A stretch of DNA of 63,012 bases, the filler included, from Thraustochytrium aureum (Eukaryota), in NCBI GenBank assembly GCA_012862495.1. It is 5 parts of 5 records of this genome, joined end to end, with 100 filler letters (N's around TTAATTAATTAA, not from the genome) between each part and the next. Parts side by side here need not be neighbours in the genome. Positions count along the whole stretch, not along the records: positions 1 to 31,252 come from BLSG01000406.1; positions 31,353 to 56,470 come from BLSG01000407.1; 3 more parts are not named here. The stretch is one strand, 5' to 3'. The notes under the pieces are model-generated. The model saw only the letters and a program-made list of their open reading frames with translations, ran no database searches and was not told the origin of the DNA. Made by a program: the position numbers and the translations under genes. This document shows, piece after piece, positions 22,398-32,546 of this stretch; within the stretch, counting starts at the first letter, position 1, and each line of letters opens with the position of its first letter.

Positions 22398-23153
22398 CTA
22401 CACAGCCACCGTGCGCAGGCCCGGGGAGGAGGCCTTCTCGAACTGCACCTCCTCGACGACAAGAACTGGCTCGCTGTTCTCGGCCGCTGCGTCGCCGGCC
22501 TCATCCGATCCACTCTCGGCAGCAGATTCAGCAATGGGTTCGGGCGCAGCCGGCTCGGACTCGGCGGGCGCAGCTGGCATGGCCTCTGGCTTGGCCTCGA
22601 CTGGCTTCGGCTCAACGGGCGCCACAGGCGTGGCCTTGGGCTCGTCACTCTTCTCAGTCGCCTTGAGCGGCGCCTGCTGCTCAGGGACGGCTTGGCTCGA
22701 CTCTGTAGCACACATATCTTCGATTTGAGCACGCAGGCGCTTGCCTTCGACGTCAAACTCAAGGCCCTTCGTGAGACCGATCACGCAAGCCTGCTTGGCG
22801 AAAGCGCCATGATGGCCGCCATCGTACTTTTTGCATTCCTCGCGGAAGGCGCCAATTTCGGCCGTGTTGGCGACACTGTTTCCTGAATGCATCTTTGTGC
22901 AGCCCATCCTGCACGCGACGGCCCCGACGCGCTCGTAGACCTTCCGGCAAAGCTTGCCGTTGGCAGAAGTCCGCGACCAGGCCTCGCTGCAGCTTGACAT
23001 CATCTTGAAACTCGCGGCCTTGCGCTCCTCCGCATCCGTCGGGTTGATCAGCGTGCTGCATGCCTTCGAGCAATGCATCTCGATATCAGTCGCGGCTCCC
23101 TCGCCCGAGCCGAGCACCAGGGCCAGCACGACGAGCGCAGCAGTGGCCTTCAT
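22398..23153 (-). CDS. Secreted Cys-rich hypothetical protein with Pro/Glu/Ala-rich tail
   Basis: MKATAALVVLALVLGSGEGA signal peptide; nine Cys including two CxxxC; PVEPKPVEAKPEA/PAAPAESEPAAPEP low-complexity tail. Confidence 0.7.
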   Translation of the reverse strand: MKATAALVVLALVLGSGEGAATDIEMHCSKACSTLINPTDAEERKAASFKMMSSCSEAWSRTSANGKLCRKVYERVGAVACRMGCTKMHSGNSVANTAEIGAFREECKKYDGGHHGAFAKQACVIGLTKGLEFDVEGKRLRAQIEDMCATESSQAVPEQQAPLKATEKSDEPKATPVAPVEPKPVEAKPEAMPAAPAESEPAAPEPIAESAAESGSDEAGDAAAENSEPVLVVEEVQFEKASSPGLRTVAV

Positions 23154-23955
23154 CTCTCCGATTGACTCTTTCTGCCCTACTCGGCGAGCGCGGTGTATGT
23201 GAGTCTTCGCGCGTTTCAACCTCGATAGTGCCTTTCGTGCTGTCGCCACGTGTGCTCGTTGCAGGTCTGCTGGGCTGTCGCTCGGACAAGCGCTGCCATC
23301 ATCGATTGGCCAGGGGATCCATCGATGTGACCGTTTCAGGTGGTGCAACGAAGGCAGCTCCTCCGCGACATTCGTCCATACGGGTGTACATCTAAACCCG
23401 ACGTCGGTTCATTGTTTTGCTCCGACAAACCTTTAAAACGTTTCGCCTCTTGGGCGGACTTGTCCGTTGAGAGCCTGGTTGACGCGAACACCAGCCCCGG
23501 CGGCGGCGGTGCAGCACAGCACGGCGAACTGGCCAGCCTTTCTGCAGTTGATCGTTGCAGGGTCACGAATCTTCGAGGAGGCCAAAGCTCGTATAAAAAA
23601 AGAGTGTGAACATTTGGACACAGGCTGGAGGAGGCCGGCGCGGACTCCATCTCGCTCTCCCCTACTTCCTCACGGTGTCTTCAGGCTCACCGAGTACTTA
23701 CTTACCTACTCTACAGGGCCTCAAACACCCTGTGCGAGTAGAACACAGTGGATTTGATTGAAACGAAGCCAATCAATTGCGTCTTCTCCTCCTTCGTGCA
23801 CAAAGCGCTCTTGGTGGCTTTTGCATTCCGAGTCGAAGGCGCGAGCCCAGCCGAGCAAGGACCGAGCTGCGGGCAGAGTCGCAACGCGCGGTAGGCTTGC
23901 CTCGAGGGCACCGTGCAGCTGCACAGCCGCGCACTGGGGCCGCAACAGAGCCAGC

Positions 23956-26900
23956 ATGAATACGCCAGAGCCGCCTAAGCAAAGCACACGAGCATACTGG
24001 GAAAACGAGCTGCACGGCCTCGTGACCAGATTTGCAGGCGCTCGCATTGCCTTCGAGACGACCTTTGTCATCCCCGTTCTTGCTGACGCGCGCAAAGCTA
24101 GCCCTGTTCTCCTCCCCAAAGGCGACGTGTGGGTTGTCGCGTTCCTGCGCAACTGCCGCACTGTTCGAACTCTCGCAACTCACTTTCTCGAATACATTCG
24201 CGCGGCGCGCGGGGAAGAATGCGATCTGAGCGTGGTGCCCGAGGGGCTGGATGCCAAGATCGAGGACGTGCTGGCCCAGTTTGCCCCGCTCTTGGCGCTG
24301 CTGTCGCAGTACTACGAGAGCAAAGAGCCCTTTCTGCGGCTCGTGCTTGAGAGTCGCGAAAAGTGCAAGGAGCTGGACAGCTTTGTGCGCTCNNNNNNNN
24401 NNNNNNNNNNNNNNNNNNNNNNNNNNNNNNNNNNNNNNNNNNNNNNNNNNNNNNNNNNNNNNNNNNNNNNNNNNNNNNNNNNNNNNNNNNNNNNGTGCGA
24501 GAGCGCACCAAACTGGCCGTCAGGACTCAGCTTGCGTGACGCAGTGGACGCGCCGATCGAGGCGATCTCGCGCTTTCGCGACGTCACAAACAAGCTCTTG
24601 CAGACGACGCCACCAGAAAACTCGGGCGCGATCGCCAAGTTGCGCGCTGCTGCCGCGTCGCTGCAGGCGACGCAGCGCGAGCTGAACGCCGCGAGCTCGC
24701 GGCACGTTGACAACGTGCTGCTCAACCAGGTGGGCGAGACCTGGGATATGGGCAACAAGGTGTTTGCGGTGAACCGGCCGGGGCGGCGCCTGCTCAAGAT
24801 GGGCAGGCTCACCAAGGTGTCCCGCAAGAAGGAGGTGGTGTACGAGTTTGCGCTGTTCAACGACTTTCTTTTGTACGGCTCACAGCTCAGCTCCCCGCTA
24901 GCCCGAGCCACCGGGAAGAAGGTGGCGCTGCACAACGCTCTCGCGCTTGAGCGAATGCGCGTTGGCGTCATTTCCGACGAAGAGGTGCGCAGGCAAATCG
25001 GCTCAGCGGGCAAAGTCGACGACGGAGCCCTCGAAACCTCCTCCAAGAGCGGGTCCCTCGGTGCGGCTGTGCTCTGCACGCTGGCAACGCTGTCATCAGA
25101 TCGGCGAAGCAAGCTCAGCTTTGACATTTGCATGGAGGGCGACAAAAGCATCTGCGTCAAAGCAGACCGGCCCGAAGAGCTGTGCGAATGGTGGCTCGCG
25201 CTCTCCAGGCTTTCTACAGAAGCGGCTGGCTCTCTCCGTGGCTCCAGTTCGGAACGGGGATTCTTGTTCCCAGTGTGGCAACCGGACAAGGACGCAGTCT
25301 CCTGCTCGCGTTGCGACAAGCCGTTTTCCGCCACAGTGCGCCGCCATCACTGCCGTTTGTGCGGATTCGTATGCTGCAACGAGTGCACGCGAGGCCGCGC
25401 CACAGTCCCGGTTTCAACGCTGGAAAAGCGCCCTTCCATCGTGTTTAGCCTCGGCTCGCGCCGCAACCTCGCGTTCAGCCAAGAGCCAAAACACGTGACG
25501 ATGCAAAAGGTACGGGCTTGCACAGTGTGTATCGAGCGCGGGGTAGCGCAAAGCGCAGCTCAGTCGCCGAGCGTTGCGCCGGCCTGCGAGACCGAAGCGC
25601 TTGCTGGCGCGAATCCGGAGGCGCGGCCCGCGTTGCGCACGGGCAACAGCGAAGTCCCGCCCCCCGCTGCCGCCACGTTGCCCGCCGGCGCTGACAAGCG
25701 GACCAAAATCGTCGCCGAGATGCTGGACACGGAATCGACATACCTCGACGGTATGCGCACGCTGGAGGAGGTCTACATCAGCCCGCTCCTTGAAGACTTT
25801 CGCTCAGGCGCTTTTGAGATCGGGGGCGAGATCGTCAGCAAGGTAAACTGCGCAGACCTCTCCTCGATGCTTGCGTTCATGACGGACGTTAGCAATGTGG
25901 TCATGCTTAGCGAGCGCCTTGAGCACGAACTGCGGGGCCGCTTCGAAAAGTGGGACGCCATGGGCCACAAGATCAGCGACATTTTCTTGCAGGCTAGCCC
26001 CCTGTTCCAGCTCTACGACGAGTACTCGAGCTCCTTTGAGTTTGCCAGCGCGACGTTTCGCGCTTGTGAGGCGACAAACCCGGGACTGAGCGCGTTTTTG
26101 GCACGGCAAAAGGACGCGCATGCAGCGCGACTCGCTCGCGTCGGCGCGCAGTCTATTCACAGTTTGCTCATCTTGCCTGTGCAGAGGCTGCCGAGGTACA
26201 TTCTGCTTCTCCGCGAGCTGGAAAAGTCGACTCCAGACGGCCACCCAGATTCGACCGAGATCGCGCATGCCGTCGCGGCAGTGCAAGCCATGGCGATGCA
26301 CGTCAACGAACGGGTGCGAGAGCGAGAGGCGCTTGCCATGCTGCACCAAGTGGAGCAGGTCTGTGGCGTGGAGCTCAACCCACTGCCCAAGCTGAGCGAC
26401 CTTGTGATGGCCGAGGGCAGCTGGAGCGTTGTTGATCGGCGCGGTTCCCGACCCTGCACGCTGGTTCTCGTAGCCGAGTGGTTGGTCTGCCTAGAGAAGG
26501 AGGTGCCGGGCGCGCATTCGCGCAGGGCAGCCCAGCATCGCGCGTTTCGTCTGGCCAACTGCGCCGTCGCCCTGCCTGGTCGGCTTGAAGCCGCCTCGAC
26601 GCCTGGCATCGCTTCGGCGGGGCTCTGTGCGGCCGCTTCTGCTGCAGCGGCGCTGCAGATTGGCGAGCTTGGGCGAGCGTTCGACGTCTGGGAGCGCGAG
26701 AAGCTGCTGCGCGTTGTCGCCCCAACAGAGGCGGCCCGAGCAACGTGGATGGACAAGGTCCGGTTAGCTTGCCGGCTCTGCCAAAAGTCGGCGCCGCCTT
26801 CGCTCGAGCGAGAGGGCGCAACATTACGGCCTGAAGTATGTGCAGCTCCGCCACCTGACAAGCCCCCGCGACTTGCCACTTCGCTCAGCTGGAAAGCACC

Positions 26901-27159
26901 AGCGCCGCCGAGCGCCCCGGCAGCTCCACCGTTGCAGAAATTGGCAGCAAGTCCTTCGCGAGCACCCCAAATCCCGCCTCGACCAGCTGGGTATGCCGTG
27001 CCGCGGGCGCCAAGCTCAATGGGCAGCCTTCATCCTGGAGCCAAGGACAGCGACACACGCTGCGACTTGGTTGACGAAGAGCAGAAATCGGAGGACGCGC
27101 GGGACGGCCTCGACGCCCTCCTGGCCTCTCCGAGCGAGCTAGGCAACGCGGCGCAGTGA
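23956..27159 (+). CDS. RhoGEF with degenerate DH-PH-FYVE-DH-PH architecture and Pro-rich tail
   Basis: FYVE WQPD...CSRC...RRHHCRLCG..CC..C...RACTVC; DH EMLDTESTY...LILPVQRLPRYILLLREL; PH RRLLKMGRLTK...FALFNDFLLY. Confidence 0.88.
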   Translation: MNTPEPPKQSTRAYWENELHGLVTRFAGARIAFETTFVIPVLADARKASPVLLPKGDVWVVAFLRNCRTVRTLATHFLEYIRAARGEECDLSVVPEGLDAKIEDVLAQFAPLLALLSQYYESKEPFLRLVLESREKCKELDSFVRXXXXXXXXXXXXXXXXXXXXXXXXXXXXXXXXXXXCESAPNWPSGLSLRDAVDAPIEAISRFRDVTNKLLQTTPPENSGAIAKLRAAAASLQATQRELNAASSRHVDNVLLNQVGETWDMGNKVFAVNRPGRRLLKMGRLTKVSRKKEVVYEFALFNDFLLYGSQLSSPLARATGKKVALHNALALERMRVGVISDEEVRRQIGSAGKVDDGALETSSKSGSLGAAVLCTLATLSSDRRSKLSFDICMEGDKSICVKADRPEELCEWWLALSRLSTEAAGSLRGSSSERGFLFPVWQPDKDAVSCSRCDKPFSATVRRHHCRLCGFVCCNECTRGRATVPVSTLEKRPSIVFSLGSRRNLAFSQEPKHVTMQKVRACTVCIERGVAQSAAQSPSVAPACETEALAGANPEARPALRTGNSEVPPPAAATLPAGADKRTKIVAEMLDTESTYLDGMRTLEEVYISPLLEDFRSGAFEIGGEIVSKVNCADLSSMLAFMTDVSNVVMLSERLEHELRGRFEKWDAMGHKISDIFLQASPLFQLYDEYSSSFEFASATFRACEATNPGLSAFLARQKDAHAARLARVGAQSIHSLLILPVQRLPRYILLLRELEKSTPDGHPDSTEIAHAVAAVQAMAMHVNERVREREALAMLHQVEQVCGVELNPLPKLSDLVMAEGSWSVVDRRGSRPCTLVLVAEWLVCLEKEVPGAHSRRAAQHRAFRLANCAVALPGRLEAASTPGIASAGLCAAASAAAALQIGELGRAFDVWEREKLLRVVAPTEAARATWMDKVRLACRLCQKSAPPSLEREGATLRPEVCAAPPPDKPPRLATSLSWKAPAPPSAPAAPPLQKLAASPSRAPQIPPRPAGYAVPRAPSSMGSLHPGAKDSDTRCDLVDEEQKSEDARDGLDALLASPSELGNAAQ

Positions 27160-27226
27160 CGGGTGCGCGCAAAGCACGGGCAGCCCGGCACAGCGACGGG
27201 TGCGCGCAAGGCACGGGCAGCCCGGC
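27154..27226. repeat. 37-bp direct tandem duplication at the RhoGEF stop codon
   Basis: cag(t/c)gacgggtgcgcgcaa(a/g)gcacgggcagcccggc present twice with period 37. Confidence 0.85.
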
Positions 27227-27331
27227 GCATTGCCTCAACTTGTTCAGTAAGCGAACGAAATTTCCTGATGATCTTGACAAAAAGTGTATTACTGACCAAG
27301 CCGAAACAAATTGTCCCTGCTGCCGGACTCA

Positions 27332-29714
27332 TCACTCAACGCCTGATACGGAGAGCGCCCGCAGCGCGTGAAGCACCGCCCCGAGATCGATGCCCTCCTG
27401 CACAAGAGCGCTCGCAAAAGGTGAAGTGAGACCGAGCGCCGCGACGCACATCTGCAGCAGCGACGCAGACATCCCGTAGAGCACGGTCCGGCGAGCCACG
27501 CGCACTACCTTGCGGCTCATGGAGACAAGGTTTGCCACATTGTCTATCTCGTCGTTCATGAGCACGACGCTGGCGCTGTCAGCAGCGAGGTTTGAGGCTC
27601 CGATACTAAGCCCGACATCTGCGGCTGCCAGAGCTGCAGAGTCATTTGCGCCGTCACCGACCATGAGAACGACGTGGCCTGCGTCTCGCAGGCTCTTGAC
27701 GCGCTCCGCCTTTTCGTGCGGCCAGCACGCCGCATATTCGTCGACGCCAAGCTCGTTCGCGACAAAAGCAAGGTGGCCACTACGATCCCCGCTGAGGACC
27801 ACGACTCGCATGCCCAGCGCGCCTTTAAGGCGCGCAACGAGTCGCTTCGCCGAGGGACGAACGGCGTCTTCAAACTCGAACGAGCCAGAAGCCAGCGCCC
27901 CTTCGGCCAGCGCGCCATCAGCTACCGCGCCCTCGGCGAGCGTGCTGGAGATTCTAAAAAACGCCCGAAGTCGCTCGGCGCCGGCTTGCGGTTGTGGGGG
28001 CGGCTTGGCTTTCGGGAAGCAAAACTCGAACGAGCCAACGCGCACGTCGAGGCCACCAGCGGAGCCCGCGATCCCAAGCCCGCTGGTCTCGTCGACACCG
28101 TCAACCGGGCAAAGAGCGACGTCCTGGCCGGATACCTCAGCCCTGAAATAGCTTCCAACGGCTTGGGCGAGCGGGTGTGTCGAGAACTGTTCCACGCTAG
28201 CGAGAAGCTGAAGCACGCGCGTCCTGTCGAGGTCGGCGCTTTGGTCAGGTTCGATTTTTGCCAGGAAGGACACGACAGATGGCGACCCGCAGGTGAGCGT
28301 CCCGGTCTTGTCCAGGACAGCGACATCTGCTCGCGCCAGCGCTTCGATGGCCGCGCCAGACTTGATTGTGCCGCCAAACTGCCTGCTCGCCACGCTCATC
28401 CCCGAGAGCATTGCGATGGGCACCCCGATCCCGGCTGGGCAGGGCGTGGCTGACATGAAAACGGCGAGCACAGACTCCCATAGGCTCCTTGGCGACCTGG
28501 CCTGCCAGTCCGAAACGAGGCACGCGACTGCAGCCATTGCAAATGTGATGGGTGTGAATGCGGCAACGAACCGCTTCGACTCGAGCTCGAGATTCGCCTT
28601 GCTCTCGAGCGCCTCCGCGAGCTTGGCTTTCATAAGTGCCATCACGCTGGCCCCATATGGGCCTGACGACTTGATCCAGAAGGCGGCGCCCTTGTTGAGC
28701 GATCCGCCCAGGACAAGGGCCCCCGCCGCTTTGTGCGCTGGAAGACCCTCGCCGGTGAGCAGAGACTCGTCTACGTGCACGCGCTCGTGGCGCTGGGCGG
28801 CGTGGAGCAGCGTCCCATCCACGGGCACGGTCTCGCCCTGCTTGATGAGGAGCACATCGCCCTCCTTCACGAGCTCCGCGGAGACGTCGTCCGTGGCGGC
28901 GCCGCCGACGCTATCGCCGGATTGCGATACATGGGCGGTGCCGGGACTTTGCTGCAGCAGAGCGTGCAGGGCGTTGCCAGCGCGCTGCAAGGCGTGCTCT
29001 TCAAAGGCTTCGCCCCNNNNNNNNNNNNNNNNNNNNNNNNNNNNNNNNNNNNNNNNNNNNNNNNNNNNNNNNNNNNNNNNNNNNNNNNNNNNNNNNNNNN
29101 NNNNNNNNNNNNNNNNNNNNNNNNNNNNNNNNNNNNNNNNNNNNNNNNNNNNNNNNNNNNNNNNNNNNNNNNNNNNNNNNNNNNNNNNNNNNNNNNNNNN
29201 NNNNNNNNNNNNNNNNNNNNNNNNNNNNNNNNNNNNNNNNNNNNNNNNNNNNNNNNNNNNNNNNNNNNNNNNNNNNNNNNNNNNNNNNNNNNNNNNNNNN
29301 NNNNNNNNNNNNNNNNNNNNNNNNNNNNNNNNNNNNNNNNNNNNNNNNNNNNNNNNNNNNNNNNNNNNNNNNNNNNNNNNNNNNNNNNNNNNNNNNNNNN
29401 CCGGCGAGCACGGCCCAAAGCGCGAGTCGGGCCGAGCGCTGCGCGCGCCGGCTTGCTCGTGCTGCAACGGTGTCTGACACGAGAGCCAGCAGCGTCACTG
29501 CGGGGACGAGCGTCGGCGGCATCGCGTCAATCCTTTCGAGCGCGCGCGCGCGCCGCCGCTTGCCGCAGGCAAGAAAGGTCGCGAGCAGCGCCAGCTGCAC
29601 CGCCACCGCGGCCCTTCCCTTCCGCGACGCCACGCGCCACAGCCCTCCGAGCCTCGGGAGCAGAATCGCCGCTGCAAACCCGCAGAGCACCTTCGGGTCC
29701 GCAGGCGACTTCAT
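27332..29714 (-). CDS. Heavy-metal P1B-type ATPase, P1B-5-like (internal gap, start uncertain)
   Basis: GETVPVDG, DESLLTGE, ATPCP, DKTGTLT, HPLA, SGD, GDGAND, C-terminal GMSASLLQM and P-x6-QE-x2-D. Confidence 0.9.
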
Positions 29715-30030
29715 CGCGCCGGGCCTGCGGTGGTCGCCCCGCCGAGGCCTCGACCAGCCTCCACGCCGGAATCAATCGCCAACGAGCGCGCCGGGGCGCG
29801 CGGCACGCACTCGGACGCAACGCAGGCGCGCCGGAGAGAGACCCTGCGCCAAGCGACGATGCGCGGCTCTCAATGCGCTCTCGGCCGCAGCTCGCGGGCG
29901 ATGCGGCTCTGCGAGGAGCGGACAACCTGCCTGACGATGTGCACATGCCACTCGCAAGTGCTTTTTGCCAGAGTCCTCGAAGCAGCAAGTGGCAAGTACT
30001 GTCCTGAAGCAGAGTATCGAAGCAGGACTC

Positions 30031-30376
30031 GAGTTGGCCGGCATCGGGCTCGAACGTCGCGGAGCTCGATCGATGAGGAAGGCTCGGACGTCGCGGAGAT
30101 CGATTGACAAGGAACTGGCCAACATCAGGCTCGAGCGTCGCAGAGAAAAACGTTGGTTAACATCGGGCCCGAACGTCGTGGAGCTCGATCGACGAGGAGT
30201 TGGCCGGCATCGGGCTCGAACGTCGCGGAGCTCGATCGATGAGGAATTGGCCAACATCAGGCTCGAGCGTCGCAGAGCTCGATCCATAAAACATTGGCTA
30301 ACATCAGGCCCGAACTTCGTGGAGCTCGATCGACGAGGAGTTGGCCGCGATAAGGCTCGAACGTCGTGGAGCTCGG
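30031..30376. repeat. 47-bp minisatellite (about 8 units, two truncated) with higher-order structure
   Basis: Unit gagttggccggcatcgggctcgaacgtcgcggagctcgatcgatgag and variants gaattggccaacatcagg..., acattggctaacatcaggcccg... Confidence 0.88.
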
Positions 30377-30632
30377 GCGCGGTCATGGTGGCGCGCCGCA
30401 TTCACGATTGGGCGCGTGTACATAGCGTTTTTTCTTGTGCTACTAGAGCTAGGGCAAGGCTGGCGCACGGCGCAGAGTGAGGCGGATGTCAGTTTGGTTC
30501 TGCTCGTGGTGTGGGGAAGGAGAAGGAAGGATGGAAGCCGGAAGGAGGGCGCCCGCTCGCTGCCCGGCTGCGAAGCAAGGCGCGTCACCCGCCCCTCTTG
30601 CGCGAACTCCGTTGGGTAAGTAGACTAAGGGC

Positions 30633-31251
30633 TCAACGGTACAGGCTGCTCGACTTGCCGTCAGCCTCCGAGAGCTGCTGCTGCTTGCGCTGCAGGACGG
30701 CGCCAAACCACGAGCCAAGCTGATCGAAGAAGCCCTCGGCAGTTTTCGGGAGCTCTTTCAGCCACTCGTTGTGGCCCTTTTCGAGTCGCTCCGCGGAAAT
30801 CTCCAAGTGGTTGAGGAGCTCCTCCAGCTCTTGTTGCGCTGTAGCGGACTTTGGGTTTCGGTGGCGGCGCAGCGTGGGCTTGACAACGGTCGTGGACCCG
30901 ACGGGCCCCGAGCCCCGGCGAGGTGGGCGGACTGAGCATGGCGGCGCTGTCGCCGTCGATACCAATTTTGGCCGGCTCCGATCCTGTCTGAGCAGACTCT
31001 GCTGGACGGCCCTCCAGGTTGATGACGAGGACACCAAGGCGCTCATGCGATGCCGCCGCGCTCTTGCTCCCTGCAGCGTGCCTTCTGCTCGCGCCCTTGC
31101 CAGACTCTTGCGGGTAAGAGTCGATGGCGAGGTGGTAGGTGAAGCGAAAGTCGCGACTGGCGAGCGCGCTCCGCAGCGCCTGGTCCTCGCGATACTGGGC
31201 AGAGGCCTTGTCCCGCAGCATCTGGGCGTACTTGCTGATAGAGCTGGACTC
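30633..31251 (-). CDS. 3' fragment of hypothetical protein, truncated by scaffold end, apparent frameshift near 30905
   Basis: Coding-like frames ...ALASRDFRFTYHLAID... then ...QELEELLNHLEISAERLEK...SLYR*, switching at a G run. Confidence 0.45.
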
Positions 31252-31296
31252 CNNNNNNNNNNNNNNNNNNNNNNNNNNNNNNNNNNNNNNNNNNNN

Positions 31297-31308
31297 TTAA
31301 TTAATTAA
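31297..31308. other. Artificial scaffold linker TTAATTAATTAA in N padding
   Basis: Six-frame-stop 12-mer flanked by about 44 N on each side. Confidence 0.95.
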
Positions 31309-32546
31309 NNNNNNNNNNNNNNNNNNNNNNNNNNNNNNNNNNNNNNNNNNNNCAAGGCACGGAGATTGTAATTGTATCGTTGGGGTCGGGCGAAACGACT
31401 GCGCATTTGCTCGTCGTCTGCAAACGGAGTCTCTTTGCCAGCAACAGTGGCAGCTCGCACTGCAACAAGTTGCTCGAGAACCAGGAAGCGAGAATCGCAA
31501 ACGTCGCAAGAAGCCTAGCAGGGCGCCTGCCACCCGGCAGGCTGCCAGACTCAGCTAAGTTGGCTTGCGTTGCGGACCCCAACGGCTTTGTCCACCTTTT
31601 GCTCCATTTGCTCTTCATGGCCGTTGCCACTTCTCGGAGAGTGACGTGCTTCGGTGGTCGACTTTCTCGCGAGTCACCTTTGTGGGTGAGCGGCTCGCCG
31701 CAAACGCAGCCCGAGGCAACTCATCATCTCCGTCGCCTATTCTCAGGGAGTAACCAATACTGATGATGAGCCGTTGGAGGACGACTCCGATGACCGTCGA
31801 TTTTATCCTGCACAGCAGGCAAACAAACTGATCAGCTGCACAGCCAGCGGGCGGCCTGTACTAGTACTCTCACACCTGCACGCTGGCAACCCGCTGGAGT
31901 GCGTTTTGTGTCGGCGAGACATCAGACTGGCACAAAACCACCTTTCAACTCTCAAGTTCTCATTGTATTCTACTCTTCGGGCGCAGATTTGCACGAGAAA
32001 CGCCACTGGCAGCGCGCGGTTGCAAGGCCGCCAGCGGCACACAGACGAGAGGAGCGGCACACACGCAGCCGCGTTGGTGCAAAGTTCTTGCTTCGCGTCT
32101 GCAGATTGCACGGATGCAAGGATTCTCCAGCGCTTCACATCGAACTCTGCAGCAACAGCGAGGTTGGCACTGCAACAGCAAGGTTGGCAACCGTGACAGC
32201 AAGGGCAACGGCAACCAACGGCGGAGCAAGGGGTCGCCTGCCCCATCAGGGCGTTGCTCGGTGGTGTTTCAAGATCATTCGCGGCGGTGCTGCATGCTTT
32301 CCTTGACTTTCAACAGATTTTGTCTTGGATTTCGCAGGCAGCAAAAGCCATGGGAACAAAACCAAACCGCAGCGACCAGACCACAAACGCGGCTCGACCG
32401 GGGCCCCTGACGCGCAGGTGCCGAGACGCGCGCGCGGTCCGAGCGTTGCAGTCGCTTCGCCTGCTGGCGCGCGGCGCCTGGCGTTTGGTGTCGCGTCGAG
32501 GACTGTTTGGAAATTGGGGGATTTTTGTGCACTGGAATTGACGAGG

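Noticed and set aside
30031..30376. CRISPR array
   Set aside because: No unique spacers, units are contiguous and degenerate, eukaryotic context, no cas genes
31252..31352. TTAATTAATTAA palindromes (also 56515, 60213, 61798) as biological sites
   Set aside because: Identical N-padded six-frame-stop linkers are assembly joins; gene adjacency across them is meaningless
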